Notes under the pieces: model-generated | The model's input: the letters and a program-made list of their open reading frames with translations, nothing else | Told to the model about the DNA's origin: nothing | The model's database searches: none | Shown here: positions 8,539 to 16,738 of the stretch, piece by piece | How positions within the stretch are numbered: position 1 is the first letter of the stretch | Layout of the letters: each line of letters opens with the position of its first letter | Made by a program: the position numbers and the translations under genes | Assembly: GCA_002335495.1 (NCBI GenBank) | Contig: DDBW01000010.1 | Coordinates: 1-54,754, forward strand | Reading direction: 5' to 3' | DNA from: Candidatus Dojkabacteria bacterium UBA2022 | GTDB taxonomy: Bacteria > Patescibacteriota > Dojkabacteria > SC72 | Length of the DNA: 54,754 nucleotides

Positions 8539-8880
8539 ATGGATTTACAACAATTAAACGAAGTGTTAAATCAGTTAGAAACCTACTTAGAATCAGCTTC
8601 AGAGGAGAGTATAAAGGAAGAGAATAAGGTATTTGTATACTCTGAAATTTCGAACTTAAGAGTTAATCCAACTCCTGAACACTTACAAACATTTATGGAA
8701 ACCTTAGGCCAGTACTTATACCTTCCTAAACAAGAAGTAATGAGCGAACCTCCAGTTATGGATCAGACACCTGCCGTGATGCCAGCAGTGACATCCCCAA
8801 CCGATGAAGACCAGAGGAAAATAGAGGAATTAGTTGCGAGTTTAAAGGCGTTGAGAAACACTTCTGAAGAGCCTGCATAA
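8539..8880 (+). CDS. Small acidic hypothetical protein (113 aa)
   Basis: E/D-rich ORF with no TM helix or signal peptide; first gene of the co-directional cluster. Confidence 0.55.
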   Translation: MDLQQLNEVLNQLETYLESASEESIKEENKVFVYSEISNLRVNPTPEHLQTFMETLGQYLYLPKQEVMSEPPVMDQTPAVMPAVTSPTDEDQRKIEELVASLKALRNTSEEPA

Positions 8881-8946
8881 GCAGATTGCACTTGAATATA
8901 AAGCTATGTATATTATTAATTGAATTAAATAAAAAAGAGAAGGTTT

Positions 8947-9426
8947 ATGAATAACTCTACAATATCTATTCTCGCTCAAGACTTGTTCAAGTTACTTGAT
9001 ATGGATGCCCTAGAAGCATCTGAAAAGGAGTTATTCCTAAGCGATTTCCTTAAAACGGTATCTAGATATTTCTTCCAAGAGAAGCTTGGAAAGGTTCTTT
9101 CCGCACAGGAGAAAGAGACACTAGCAACCAAATACGAATCATTGGACCAGGAAAACATATACGCACTGATGGAAGAGATGTCTAACAGAATTGAAAACGT
9201 AGAAGAGTTATATACGGAGGCGTTGGTATATGTAAAATCTCAGGTTGTTAAAGATTTCTATAAAGATAAAGTAGGTATGTTAGAGAAGTTGGTCGCAGAA
9301 GAGGAGGATGTAACAGTGAAGCAAAACCTCAGCTTTATGTTGAGCCTAGCCAAAAAGAAACTAGATTTTGCCTTGAATGAAAGGTACGATCAAATAATTA
9401 ACATATCTAATACAGAAGAAATATGA
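8947..9426 (+). CDS. Small acidic helical hypothetical protein (159 aa)
   Basis: Its stop overlaps the start of the giant gene (ATGA at 9423-9426). Confidence 0.6.
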   Translation: MNNSTISILAQDLFKLLDMDALEASEKELFLSDFLKTVSRYFFQEKLGKVLSAQEKETLATKYESLDQENIYALMEEMSNRIENVEELYTEALVYVKSQVVKDFYKDKVGMLEKLVAEEEDVTVKQNLSFMLSLAKKKLDFALNERYDQIINISNTEEI

Positions 9427-12400
9427 ACATGTCATCAGCACAGGGGGGGGAAAACAGTTCAGGAGTACCTTCATCATGGATACCTATAGAAGCCTTAAAT
9501 AATGCAGAGGCTGTTCAAAAATCACCTGGAGAGATGAGGGACTCTCTGCAAGCTTTAATGGATAAACTCGATAAGATCGGGGGTATGAACCCGACGGAAC
9601 TAGCTCAGAAATTCATCGGATTGCTGGATATGCTTGATAAAAATCAGGGTGAAAAACCTCCTGTAGAAATGCCACTCCTCGAAGAATCAAAAGATGTTAA
9701 GAAAGAAAATGGGAAGCTAGTAATTGAAGTCAAAGACCCAACCGTTACAGGGGAATTCGTAGGAAGCAATGGAAAATCCAAAGCGGAAGAGCTATTTATG
9801 GCTCTCACCAATAAGACAGAGGTAAAGACGGATCCAAAGCAAAATGCAACAAAACTAGATGTAGTTGCTGTTGTTCCTGTTGGCGGAAAGAATTCCAAAG
9901 TTGATATGGAGGTTGGCTTTAAACAAACTGCTAAAGGTCCTAAGGATGAAGGAGCTGGAACTGACGAGCTATCATTCGCTCCCCTGAATAAAGATGGCAA
10001 ACCTGATAACAGTAGAAGAATAGTGGTAAAGATTGAAAGAGGTCAAAATCCAAATGGTGTTCCCCAAACAAAAGTATTTCTTGAAATTGCACAACCAAAA
10101 GACCAATATAAACTCGGTGCTGACATTGGTGAGTTCGCCCAGAATGGTGAAGAGCTAGCAAATATTGAGAATGCCCTCCGAAGTCTAAGTGGTAAAAACG
10201 ACCCTTCATCTGAATTTATTAGAGGACAGATGATAGCCAGAAGAGATGCTATTCAACAAAGTATGGAGAAATCTGGAGTAAAAGAAGTAAAAGTAGATAA
10301 AGATAAGCAAACAAGAGAAGATTTAGCAAAAGTAGTCGGACTACTAAATGTCAAAAAAGGTGACATCCGATTATCACAAGATCCTGCAGCTCCACTTAAT
10401 GATGCCAATAAAGCTCAACTTAGTGCAATTGATGCTGTAAGGAAAGTTCTTGATATACCTGGTCAGCTTACAAATCCAAAGAGAAAACAGGAAAGTCGTG
10501 AAGCTGAAGCACCAGAAGCTGGATTATCAGACTTCTTGAGACAGTTACAGAAAGAACCTAACTTAAATGGGAACCCGCAACCAGCTAGAAACCCAGGAGA
10601 AGCAACCCCAGCAGCTCAACGGAAAACCGAGACAACAACCCAAGCAGAACCAGGAGTACAAACAGCTGAGGCAAAAGCCTTAAGAGAGAAGTCAAAAGAA
10701 GAATTGGTGGCAGAGTTTGATAAAGAGTTAGATGGTTTGAAGAAACTTAATGAAGAGAAGAGTAATCTTGAGACTAAGATTGCTGAACTCAAGAAGGCAG
10801 GAACTGAGGTACTATCAAAGGAAGACAAAGAAAAACTAACAGCACTTGAGAAAGAGCTAAAAGAAACTTCTGAAAAAATAGAAATCGTTAAAACCCTATC
10901 AGACCTAGGATTACTAAACTTCAAATCAGAAAAAGCAAGGACTCAGATAGGGACAGAAGTTATTAGCCCAGAAGACCTTGCTAACCTATCTCTAGCTAGA
11001 CTCTATGCACTTCTTGATGCTAATGCCACAGCACTTGCAAAGGAGATTGAGAAAGATAAAACAAAGGATCAGGCTAAAGTAGATAGACTTGCCAAGATAA
11101 AGTCTATAGCAGACTTTATGCTCAATACATCCAACGGCACTCATAAAAAATTCACAGATAAGGAATTCAAAGACCAGAAGGGTGTTGATGTTGTACTAGC
11201 ATGGTTGAATCAGTCACTAGAAAAGACAAACGACAACATAAAACCATTTAAGGATAAAGAAGCCGCAGGTAACGAGAAGGCAGCACTTAATGAGACTCAG
11301 ATTAAAGAACTTGAAGCCCAACTTGCAGAGGTAAACAAGAAGATCGCAGAATCAGAAACTAGAGCTCAGGCAATAATTGCCGCGCTAGCAGGTAAAATGG
11401 GAACAGAAGAGTGGCTACTACTAACTCAAAGACTTAACGATGCTCACGGAGGTAAATTTGAAGGGAAAGGGCCTGAAGTACCAGCTCAAGCAGAAGCCCA
11501 AGCTAATGCAGCTATCGCTGCAAATTGCCTACGAAAGATTGATCTAGACTTAGAACAGAGAGCGGAGCCAGAAACCTCAAAGGTAAAGAAATTCTTCAAG
11601 AGAGCCGCAGAGGTATTAACATCGGTATTCGGAGGTATCGCAGCAAGAACAGCCGTTAAAGCGATTGTAGTTGGTGCTCTAGGAATGACCCTCGGTGGAC
11701 CAGCAGGTCTTCTTGTAGGTGGTCTCGCAGGAGCTCTCGCAGGTGGAGCATCAAGCGCGATCTTCGGAACATGGATGCACTATAAAGTATTCCATAACGA
11801 TAAGATGCACGCTGTATATGCTGAAAATGCAAATCCAGGAAAAATGGATATCTTTAGGGGCAAGATCTATGAGAAAGCCAATGAAATATATGAGACACCA
11901 CAGAGAATTAAGAACATTGCCGCTGTATATAACAGTATTGTTTCAGGACAACTACAACCAAATCAACTAAACGATGAACAGAAGAAAGCTGTAATGGGAG
12001 TAGTTAAGGACTCAAGATTCATGAAATTAACAACCAACTACATTGGTGTTAACGGTCTAGGACTTGGAAACGACCTATTCAAAGCAGCCGATGGCAAAGG
12101 AATTGCTATCGAGGATGGATTAAGAGACTTTGCGACCAGATTTGATAACTTTGTAAATGCAGCTATTAATTCGAATCAGATCGCACAAGCAGATGTTGAA
12201 TCAACGCTTAAGAGTGCTGATGATGACGCTAAAGCTAAAGTTGATCAGGTAATTACCTCTGCATCATGGACTAAGTTCTTCAAGGGAGCTTTGATCGGTG
12301 GTGTATCAGGCTTCTTGGCGCAAGGAATCAGCAACGCACTCGAAGGACAAACCTTCTGGGGTGGTGAAGTTATAAATGCAGATTCAACAACAGCTGTAGC

Positions 12401-14690
12401 AGCAGATACAACTCTAACACCAGAACAGGTAACGGACTTAAATAAGGAAGTTGCTGAGATTGCTCAGAAGCATGGAGCTGAACAGGTACAGTTCCTTAAA
12501 GATACATACAACTTAACAGATGATCAGACTGCAGAGCTTCTTAAAGGATTCGATGCAAATGGAGATGGTATGTTTGCAGGTAACGAAATTGTTCAACTAC
12601 AAGCAAATCTTGATCAACAGTTTGGAATCGTAATTCCTAATGCAGAGGCCGCAACTACGATGACTGGCAATTGGGAAGCTCCATTCAATGGAACTCTCGG
12701 TAAAGAGCTACCAAGTGAATGGACTGAGACATGGACTAAAGGAATATACAGTGTAGGTAGAGGCCATAACTTCGCAGGAGCTGAGTTCAGTTTGAACGGA
12801 ACTCCAGGAGTTGGTGGAGACCACTATGCATTAGCAAAAGCTTTGCAGTATATGTCACATAATGTACCTGCAGAGAACATGAATACAGAGGAAGCCGGAA
12901 TAATGGTATCTCATCTATACGGAACTCTCCTTACGGAATCGGGTTCACAGATGAGTGATGCTCAGATTGCAGAATTTGCAGGAAGAGTAGCAGAGAGATA
13001 TGCAGGAACTGAATTTGATATGTCTGGATTATTTGTACCAGGAGGAGCTACTGAAACGATAACTACAACCGTAACTGAAGGAACTAGTGTAGACGGTCTC
13101 TTGATGCCTTGGTACGCAGCAGTGAACGAAACTCAATCATTGGTAAATACAATGATTGGTGAGAATGCACCAGGAGTAGCGGGTGGAGTAGCTAACAAAG
13201 TTGGTGACTTTATAGTTGAATCAACAAGAAAGGTGTCTGAACTTGGAACAACAGGTGCACTAGCAGGAATGGGTATTTCTATGTGGGCTGCTAATATGTA
13301 CACACCAGAGAATAGAGAGTTTGGACAGAGGACTGATGAACAGAAGAAAGATCAGGGAACTGGTGGCAATACAGGGCAGGGTGGAGCAACAACAGGTGGA
13401 CAGCAAACACCTCCAAATAATACAGGTACTCCTCAAGCACCAACAGGAGCAGGACAACAGACGACAGAGCAGGGAGGACCAAAACCAGCAGATAATAATC
13501 CAACAAATGGAGTACCAGGAGCAAGTCCAGTACAGCCAGTAGCAGCAACCGTAGGAGCAACTAACGCGAATCAAGTACCAGGTGGAGTAGGTATTAAACC
13601 TCTTACGTCACAAGGATATGAAATTTCGACGAATGTAACAACAGGTAGACTAATTGCACCATCACAAACATGGAGAGAGCAGTCCGGCCAACTTAGTGAA
13701 TTTGCACTAAACCACGGTAAGCTTAATGCGCTGAGAGTGGTGGGAGCTAAACTTGCCAGTGGTCTTTGGGAAGCTTCAACCGCATTGGTAAGAGGAAGGA
13801 ATCCATTCAAGAATCAATTAAATCAAGAGATTATTAATAGCGTAAAGGTTAATAACTCTCTAGCAGTCCTTGATACAAAGAACAATCAAGTTGTTGAAAG
13901 TAGGTTTAACGTAGCAGGTTTAAGAGCTGATGAAATGGAACAAGCCGTAGGTCAACAGATTATCAATATGAAAGAGGATATTCGAGGAATGCTTAAAGGA
14001 TATATCAAACAAGCTCTTAATATTGAATTCGGAAATGGAGCGAATACATTAACTGTTGCAGAAGGTAGGGATCAAGTACATCCTTCCGATAACGAAGCCC
14101 TTAAGCTCTTCTTAAGAGAGAACAAGGACACCAAGATTAATGATGAGATGGTGGACGCGTTCATGAACTTGATGATTATTCTTAACGACCCAAATAACTA
14201 TAATCAAAACGCAAGTAAATTAAATACTAAGGGTCAAGCAGAGTTTGAAGCAATTGCACAATTGATGCTTGATAGAGAGAAGCAGTGGTATGCAATACTT
14301 CCAGGTAAAGCAAGTGCAAAGATCAATACGGAGTATAGAGGAATGCCATTAGTAGTATCAGACGCAATAATCAGATCAGCTTTGGAGCTATCAGGATTCA
14401 AACTAACTGACGAGATGAGAAAATCCGCTCAGTACTTTACAAACATTGATCAAATGAGTCGAAGCGCTGGCTACTTAGATCCAAAGGGAGGATTCTTCAA
14501 CGCATTACAAGCAATAAGACACTCTCAAGAGATTAGGGGAGGAAGATTAGGAACTCCTGTAGCAAGAGTCGAGGGAACGCCAGTACAGCAGGTACAAGCC
14601 AATGAAACAGACCCAGTTCCTCCAACAATAAATCTAGTATGGGACGAAAGAGCTACCAAACCAACTGGCGCAAGGCGAGTTATAGTCTAG
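9423..14690 (+). CDS. Giant 1755-aa protein: coiled coils, Gly-zipper TM hairpin, EF-hand loop, Q/G/T/P low-complexity linker
   Basis: A single uninterrupted ORF. Heptad-like K/E-rich stretches fall at about 10680-10900 and 11280-11400. The hydrophobic hairpin IVVGALGMTLGGPAGLLVGGLAGALAGGASSAIFG lies at about 11600-11790. DANGDGMFAGNE (12552-12587) fits the EF-hand loop consensus. A low-complexity region spans about 13330-13590. There is no Sec signal. Confidence 0.85.
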   Translation: MNMSSAQGGENSSGVPSSWIPIEALNNAEAVQKSPGEMRDSLQALMDKLDKIGGMNPTELAQKFIGLLDMLDKNQGEKPPVEMPLLEESKDVKKENGKLVIEVKDPTVTGEFVGSNGKSKAEELFMALTNKTEVKTDPKQNATKLDVVAVVPVGGKNSKVDMEVGFKQTAKGPKDEGAGTDELSFAPLNKDGKPDNSRRIVVKIERGQNPNGVPQTKVFLEIAQPKDQYKLGADIGEFAQNGEELANIENALRSLSGKNDPSSEFIRGQMIARRDAIQQSMEKSGVKEVKVDKDKQTREDLAKVVGLLNVKKGDIRLSQDPAAPLNDANKAQLSAIDAVRKVLDIPGQLTNPKRKQESREAEAPEAGLSDFLRQLQKEPNLNGNPQPARNPGEATPAAQRKTETTTQAEPGVQTAEAKALREKSKEELVAEFDKELDGLKKLNEEKSNLETKIAELKKAGTEVLSKEDKEKLTALEKELKETSEKIEIVKTLSDLGLLNFKSEKARTQIGTEVISPEDLANLSLARLYALLDANATALAKEIEKDKTKDQAKVDRLAKIKSIADFMLNTSNGTHKKFTDKEFKDQKGVDVVLAWLNQSLEKTNDNIKPFKDKEAAGNEKAALNETQIKELEAQLAEVNKKIAESETRAQAIIAALAGKMGTEEWLLLTQRLNDAHGGKFEGKGPEVPAQAEAQANAAIAANCLRKIDLDLEQRAEPETSKVKKFFKRAAEVLTSVFGGIAARTAVKAIVVGALGMTLGGPAGLLVGGLAGALAGGASSAIFGTWMHYKVFHNDKMHAVYAENANPGKMDIFRGKIYEKANEIYETPQRIKNIAAVYNSIVSGQLQPNQLNDEQKKAVMGVVKDSRFMKLTTNYIGVNGLGLGNDLFKAADGKGIAIEDGLRDFATRFDNFVNAAINSNQIAQADVESTLKSADDDAKAKVDQVITSASWTKFFKGALIGGVSGFLAQGISNALEGQTFWGGEVINADSTTAVAADTTLTPEQVTDLNKEVAEIAQKHGAEQVQFLKDTYNLTDDQTAELLKGFDANGDGMFAGNEIVQLQANLDQQFGIVIPNAEAATTMTGNWEAPFNGTLGKELPSEWTETWTKGIYSVGRGHNFAGAEFSLNGTPGVGGDHYALAKALQYMSHNVPAENMNTEEAGIMVSHLYGTLLTESGSQMSDAQIAEFAGRVAERYAGTEFDMSGLFVPGGATETITTTVTEGTSVDGLLMPWYAAVNETQSLVNTMIGENAPGVAGGVANKVGDFIVESTRKVSELGTTGALAGMGISMWAANMYTPENREFGQRTDEQKKDQGTGGNTGQGGATTGGQQTPPNNTGTPQAPTGAGQQTTEQGGPKPADNNPTNGVPGASPVQPVAATVGATNANQVPGGVGIKPLTSQGYEISTNVTTGRLIAPSQTWREQSGQLSEFALNHGKLNALRVVGAKLASGLWEASTALVRGRNPFKNQLNQEIINSVKVNNSLAVLDTKNNQVVESRFNVAGLRADEMEQAVGQQIINMKEDIRGMLKGYIKQALNIEFGNGANTLTVAEGRDQVHPSDNEALKLFLRENKDTKINDEMVDAFMNLMIILNDPNNYNQNASKLNTKGQAEFEAIAQLMLDREKQWYAILPGKASAKINTEYRGMPLVVSDAIIRSALELSGFKLTDEMRKSAQYFTNIDQMSRSAGYLDPKGGFFNALQAIRHSQEIRGGRLGTPVARVEGTPVQQVQANETDPVPPTINLVWDERATKPTGARRVIV

Positions 14691-14724
14691 AGAGAAGTAA
14701 GAGTAGTAACAATACTGGGTAGTA

Positions 14725-14753
14725 TTGACCTAAATAACAACCTATAGTATAAT
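14725..14753 (+). promoter_or_regulatory. Near-consensus sigma70 promoter upstream of GC-rich ORF
   Basis: TTGACC (14725-14730), a 17-nt spacer, then TATAAT (14748-14753). Confidence 0.45.
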
Positions 14754-14803
14754 ACAACTAAGATATTTTGATATATCTTGGCTCTTTTAGAACCTCAGGT
14801 TTA

Positions 14804-14851
14804 GTATCATACTAACAACTTTGATTGCCCCCAGAATTGTTAGTATGATGC
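14804..14851 (+). promoter_or_regulatory. Long hairpin in the 5' leader of the GC-rich ORF
   Basis: ATCATACTAACAA (14806-14818) pairs with TTGTTAGTATGAT (14837-14849). Two more pairs extend the stem, and the loop is 18 nt. Confidence 0.45.
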
Positions 14852-14899
14852 CATTGGCATCTTTGTATCCACCCTTTCAATTTGACATAGGAGGTCAAA

Positions 14900-15358
14900 A
14901 TGGGTTTTTTCGATTTTCTCAAGAAGCAAGGTACGGAAAGTGCTACAGTTCGTGCAGCTCGCGCATCCGGAGGGAATGTAAGCGGTTACGTTGTATGCGT
15001 AAACCTCTTGGATGATGCACTCACGGCAGCGGCAGCAGCATCAGGAATTCGTTTCCGCCCTGGCGCAAGAGAGCGTATTCGTGCAGCTCTGCGTGCAGAG
15101 ATTTCCGCTGAAGGAACTGATCAGGTCGTGCTCAATCAGACCCTCAGAACCATCATGACGGAAATGTTTCAGCAGGGAAATCCTGTTCCTTCGATGCCAA
15201 GTGCTTTTACGCCCTCACCTGCCATTCCTCCCGGATACCAACTTGTCCCTTTGGCTACTCAAGTAGCAACTCCTCCCCCCCCCGCAATGGTATGGGAAGA
15301 AGAAACAAAGGAAGAACAAGGTCCGGAAAAGAAAAGCAAGAAAGCCAAGAAGGTGTAA
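14900..15358 (+). CDS. GC-rich hypothetical protein (152 aa), Ala/Pro-rich with Lys-rich tail
   Basis: A GGAGG Shine-Dalgarno sits 6 nt before the ATG. Codon usage is visibly GC-shifted compared with the neighbours. Confidence 0.6.
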   Translation: MGFFDFLKKQGTESATVRAARASGGNVSGYVVCVNLLDDALTAAAAASGIRFRPGARERIRAALRAEISAEGTDQVVLNQTLRTIMTEMFQQGNPVPSMPSAFTPSPAIPPGYQLVPLATQVATPPPPAMVWEEETKEEQGPEKKSKKAKKV

Positions 15359-15370
15359 TGCCACAACCTG

Positions 15371-15417
15371 AGGACCGGATGGTTGCAAAGATTTTATATC
15401 AGCAACCATTCGGTTCT
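15371..15417 (+). terminator. 16-bp stem hairpin after the GC-rich ORF
   Basis: 15371-15386 pairs with 15402-15417 (two G-U pairs), with a 15-nt loop. A moderately U-rich tail follows. Confidence 0.5.
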
Positions 15418-15480
15418 CTACTTGTTTACACAAGTAACCCTAAATGTTATCTTGTATAAGAAAGTTAAGAACCGAAATAA

Positions 15481-16737
15481 ATGAAGCCCACTAGAGAAAA
15501 GAATGCCCCTTCGTATCACGTAGATGTTCTTGGTTATAATGCAAACGTCGTAGAGGATGGACCAAGCATGACCAACAATAACTCAAGACCTTTAGGGGCA
15601 GGAGGAGAAGCAAAAGTTAAACACTACAGAGTGCATGATGAAGAAGGTGTCACACACGACAGGGCAATAAAGATTTTTCATCCACCATTCACGAGATTAG
15701 CTGAGAATAATCAACTAATCGAACTACAACCCAGTGATTTACCTCAAAACGAATTGGGAATCGAACTCAGTAAACCTGCCTATATTGTGGCATCTAATGC
15801 CCGATTTTGTGGCAATATTCATAATCCACAAAAGATAAAAAGTATAATCAATAGCAATGAAGATAAGTTACGAGATTTGGGAATCCAGGCATACCACCTT
15901 CGACAGCTACAAGAATCGTTTGGCAGCACTAGTGAAATAAATACACAGGGGTTTTTAAATTTTTTAAGATTTCGAGCGCAGCAAGTAGGAGACTTTGCGG
16001 CTTTGCAAAGGATTCCGCCAAGAATAGACATGCCAAAAGACTACGATCAGGGAATGATCCAAGCCATGAATAAAATGGCAAGATGGGCTAGCAAAAACTT
16101 TCCAAACCTAATGATTCCAAAACAACTTTTTCCGGAATTTTTACAGTTCGGAGTACTTGATGAAAGATATGGTGAAGATGCAGGAAAGTTTTATGTTGTG
16201 ATGGAGTATGTACCAGAGACCCTTACCTCGAAAATTGAGACCGGACTGTCAACAATTGAACGCTCAAATCTAAACGCAGGTGCAAGCATGGAAGACCCAT
16301 CAGGAATCGTAAGTGCAGTTACGCATATAATAAATTCTCAATTACCTATGCACAAACTTACTCAATTACAAACGGTAATTCAAATTATTCACTCTTTTGG
16401 ATTCGTATTCGGAGATTTAAAAAGAGGAAATATAGGATTCTTGAAGGATGGAAATATAACTCTACTTGATCCAAGTTCAATGATTAGGATTGGTACGATA
16501 CAGGATTTTGCTACAGAAGAATTTTTGCCAGAAGACCAACAAGCCCTAATGCGATTTGGACAACTCAGAGGAAAGCCGGACAATGACATTTACGCCTTAA
16601 ACCTGATTTTACAAAAGGTGAAACAAGATATGGCGAGAAGCTTACAATTGGGAATGGGATTTGATAAAGTTATAAAGGATGAGGATAAATCACACGAGAC
16701 AGCGACATTTAGAGCTAAACTTTTAAGAAACTTATAA
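15481..16737 (+). CDS. Atypical eukaryotic-like Ser/Thr protein kinase-fold protein
   Basis: G39-A-G41-G-E-A44-K-V46 (GxGxxGxV-like), A-I-K64, hinge-like VVMEYV, G-D312-L-K-R-G-N317 (DLKxxN), and D330-P-S exactly 18 residues after D312 at the DFG position. About 150 extra residues lie between K64 and the catalytic loop. Confidence 0.6.
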   Translation: MKPTREKNAPSYHVDVLGYNANVVEDGPSMTNNNSRPLGAGGEAKVKHYRVHDEEGVTHDRAIKIFHPPFTRLAENNQLIELQPSDLPQNELGIELSKPAYIVASNARFCGNIHNPQKIKSIINSNEDKLRDLGIQAYHLRQLQESFGSTSEINTQGFLNFLRFRAQQVGDFAALQRIPPRIDMPKDYDQGMIQAMNKMARWASKNFPNLMIPKQLFPEFLQFGVLDERYGEDAGKFYVVMEYVPETLTSKIETGLSTIERSNLNAGASMEDPSGIVSAVTHIINSQLPMHKLTQLQTVIQIIHSFGFVFGDLKRGNIGFLKDGNITLLDPSSMIRIGTIQDFATEEFLPEDQQALMRFGQLRGKPDNDIYALNLILQKVKQDMARSLQLGMGFDKVIKDEDKSHETATFRAKLLRNL

Positions 16738-16738
16738 C

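Noticed and set aside
8539-14690. Phage tail module reading: two small chaperone-like ORFs followed by a tape-measure protein, with an integrase nearby
   Set aside because: The two small ORFs are separated by 66 nt, with no overlapping -1 frameshift arrangement. No capsid, portal, terminase, tail tube or baseplate candidates flank them. The downstream genes are a kinase and a phosphatase. This remains an alternative that structure and homology searches should test.
14821-15015. 64-aa ORF overlapping the start of the 152-aa GC-rich gene
   Set aside because: It has no Shine-Dalgarno, starts with TTG inside the leader hairpin, and is out of frame with the ORF that does have a strong SD.
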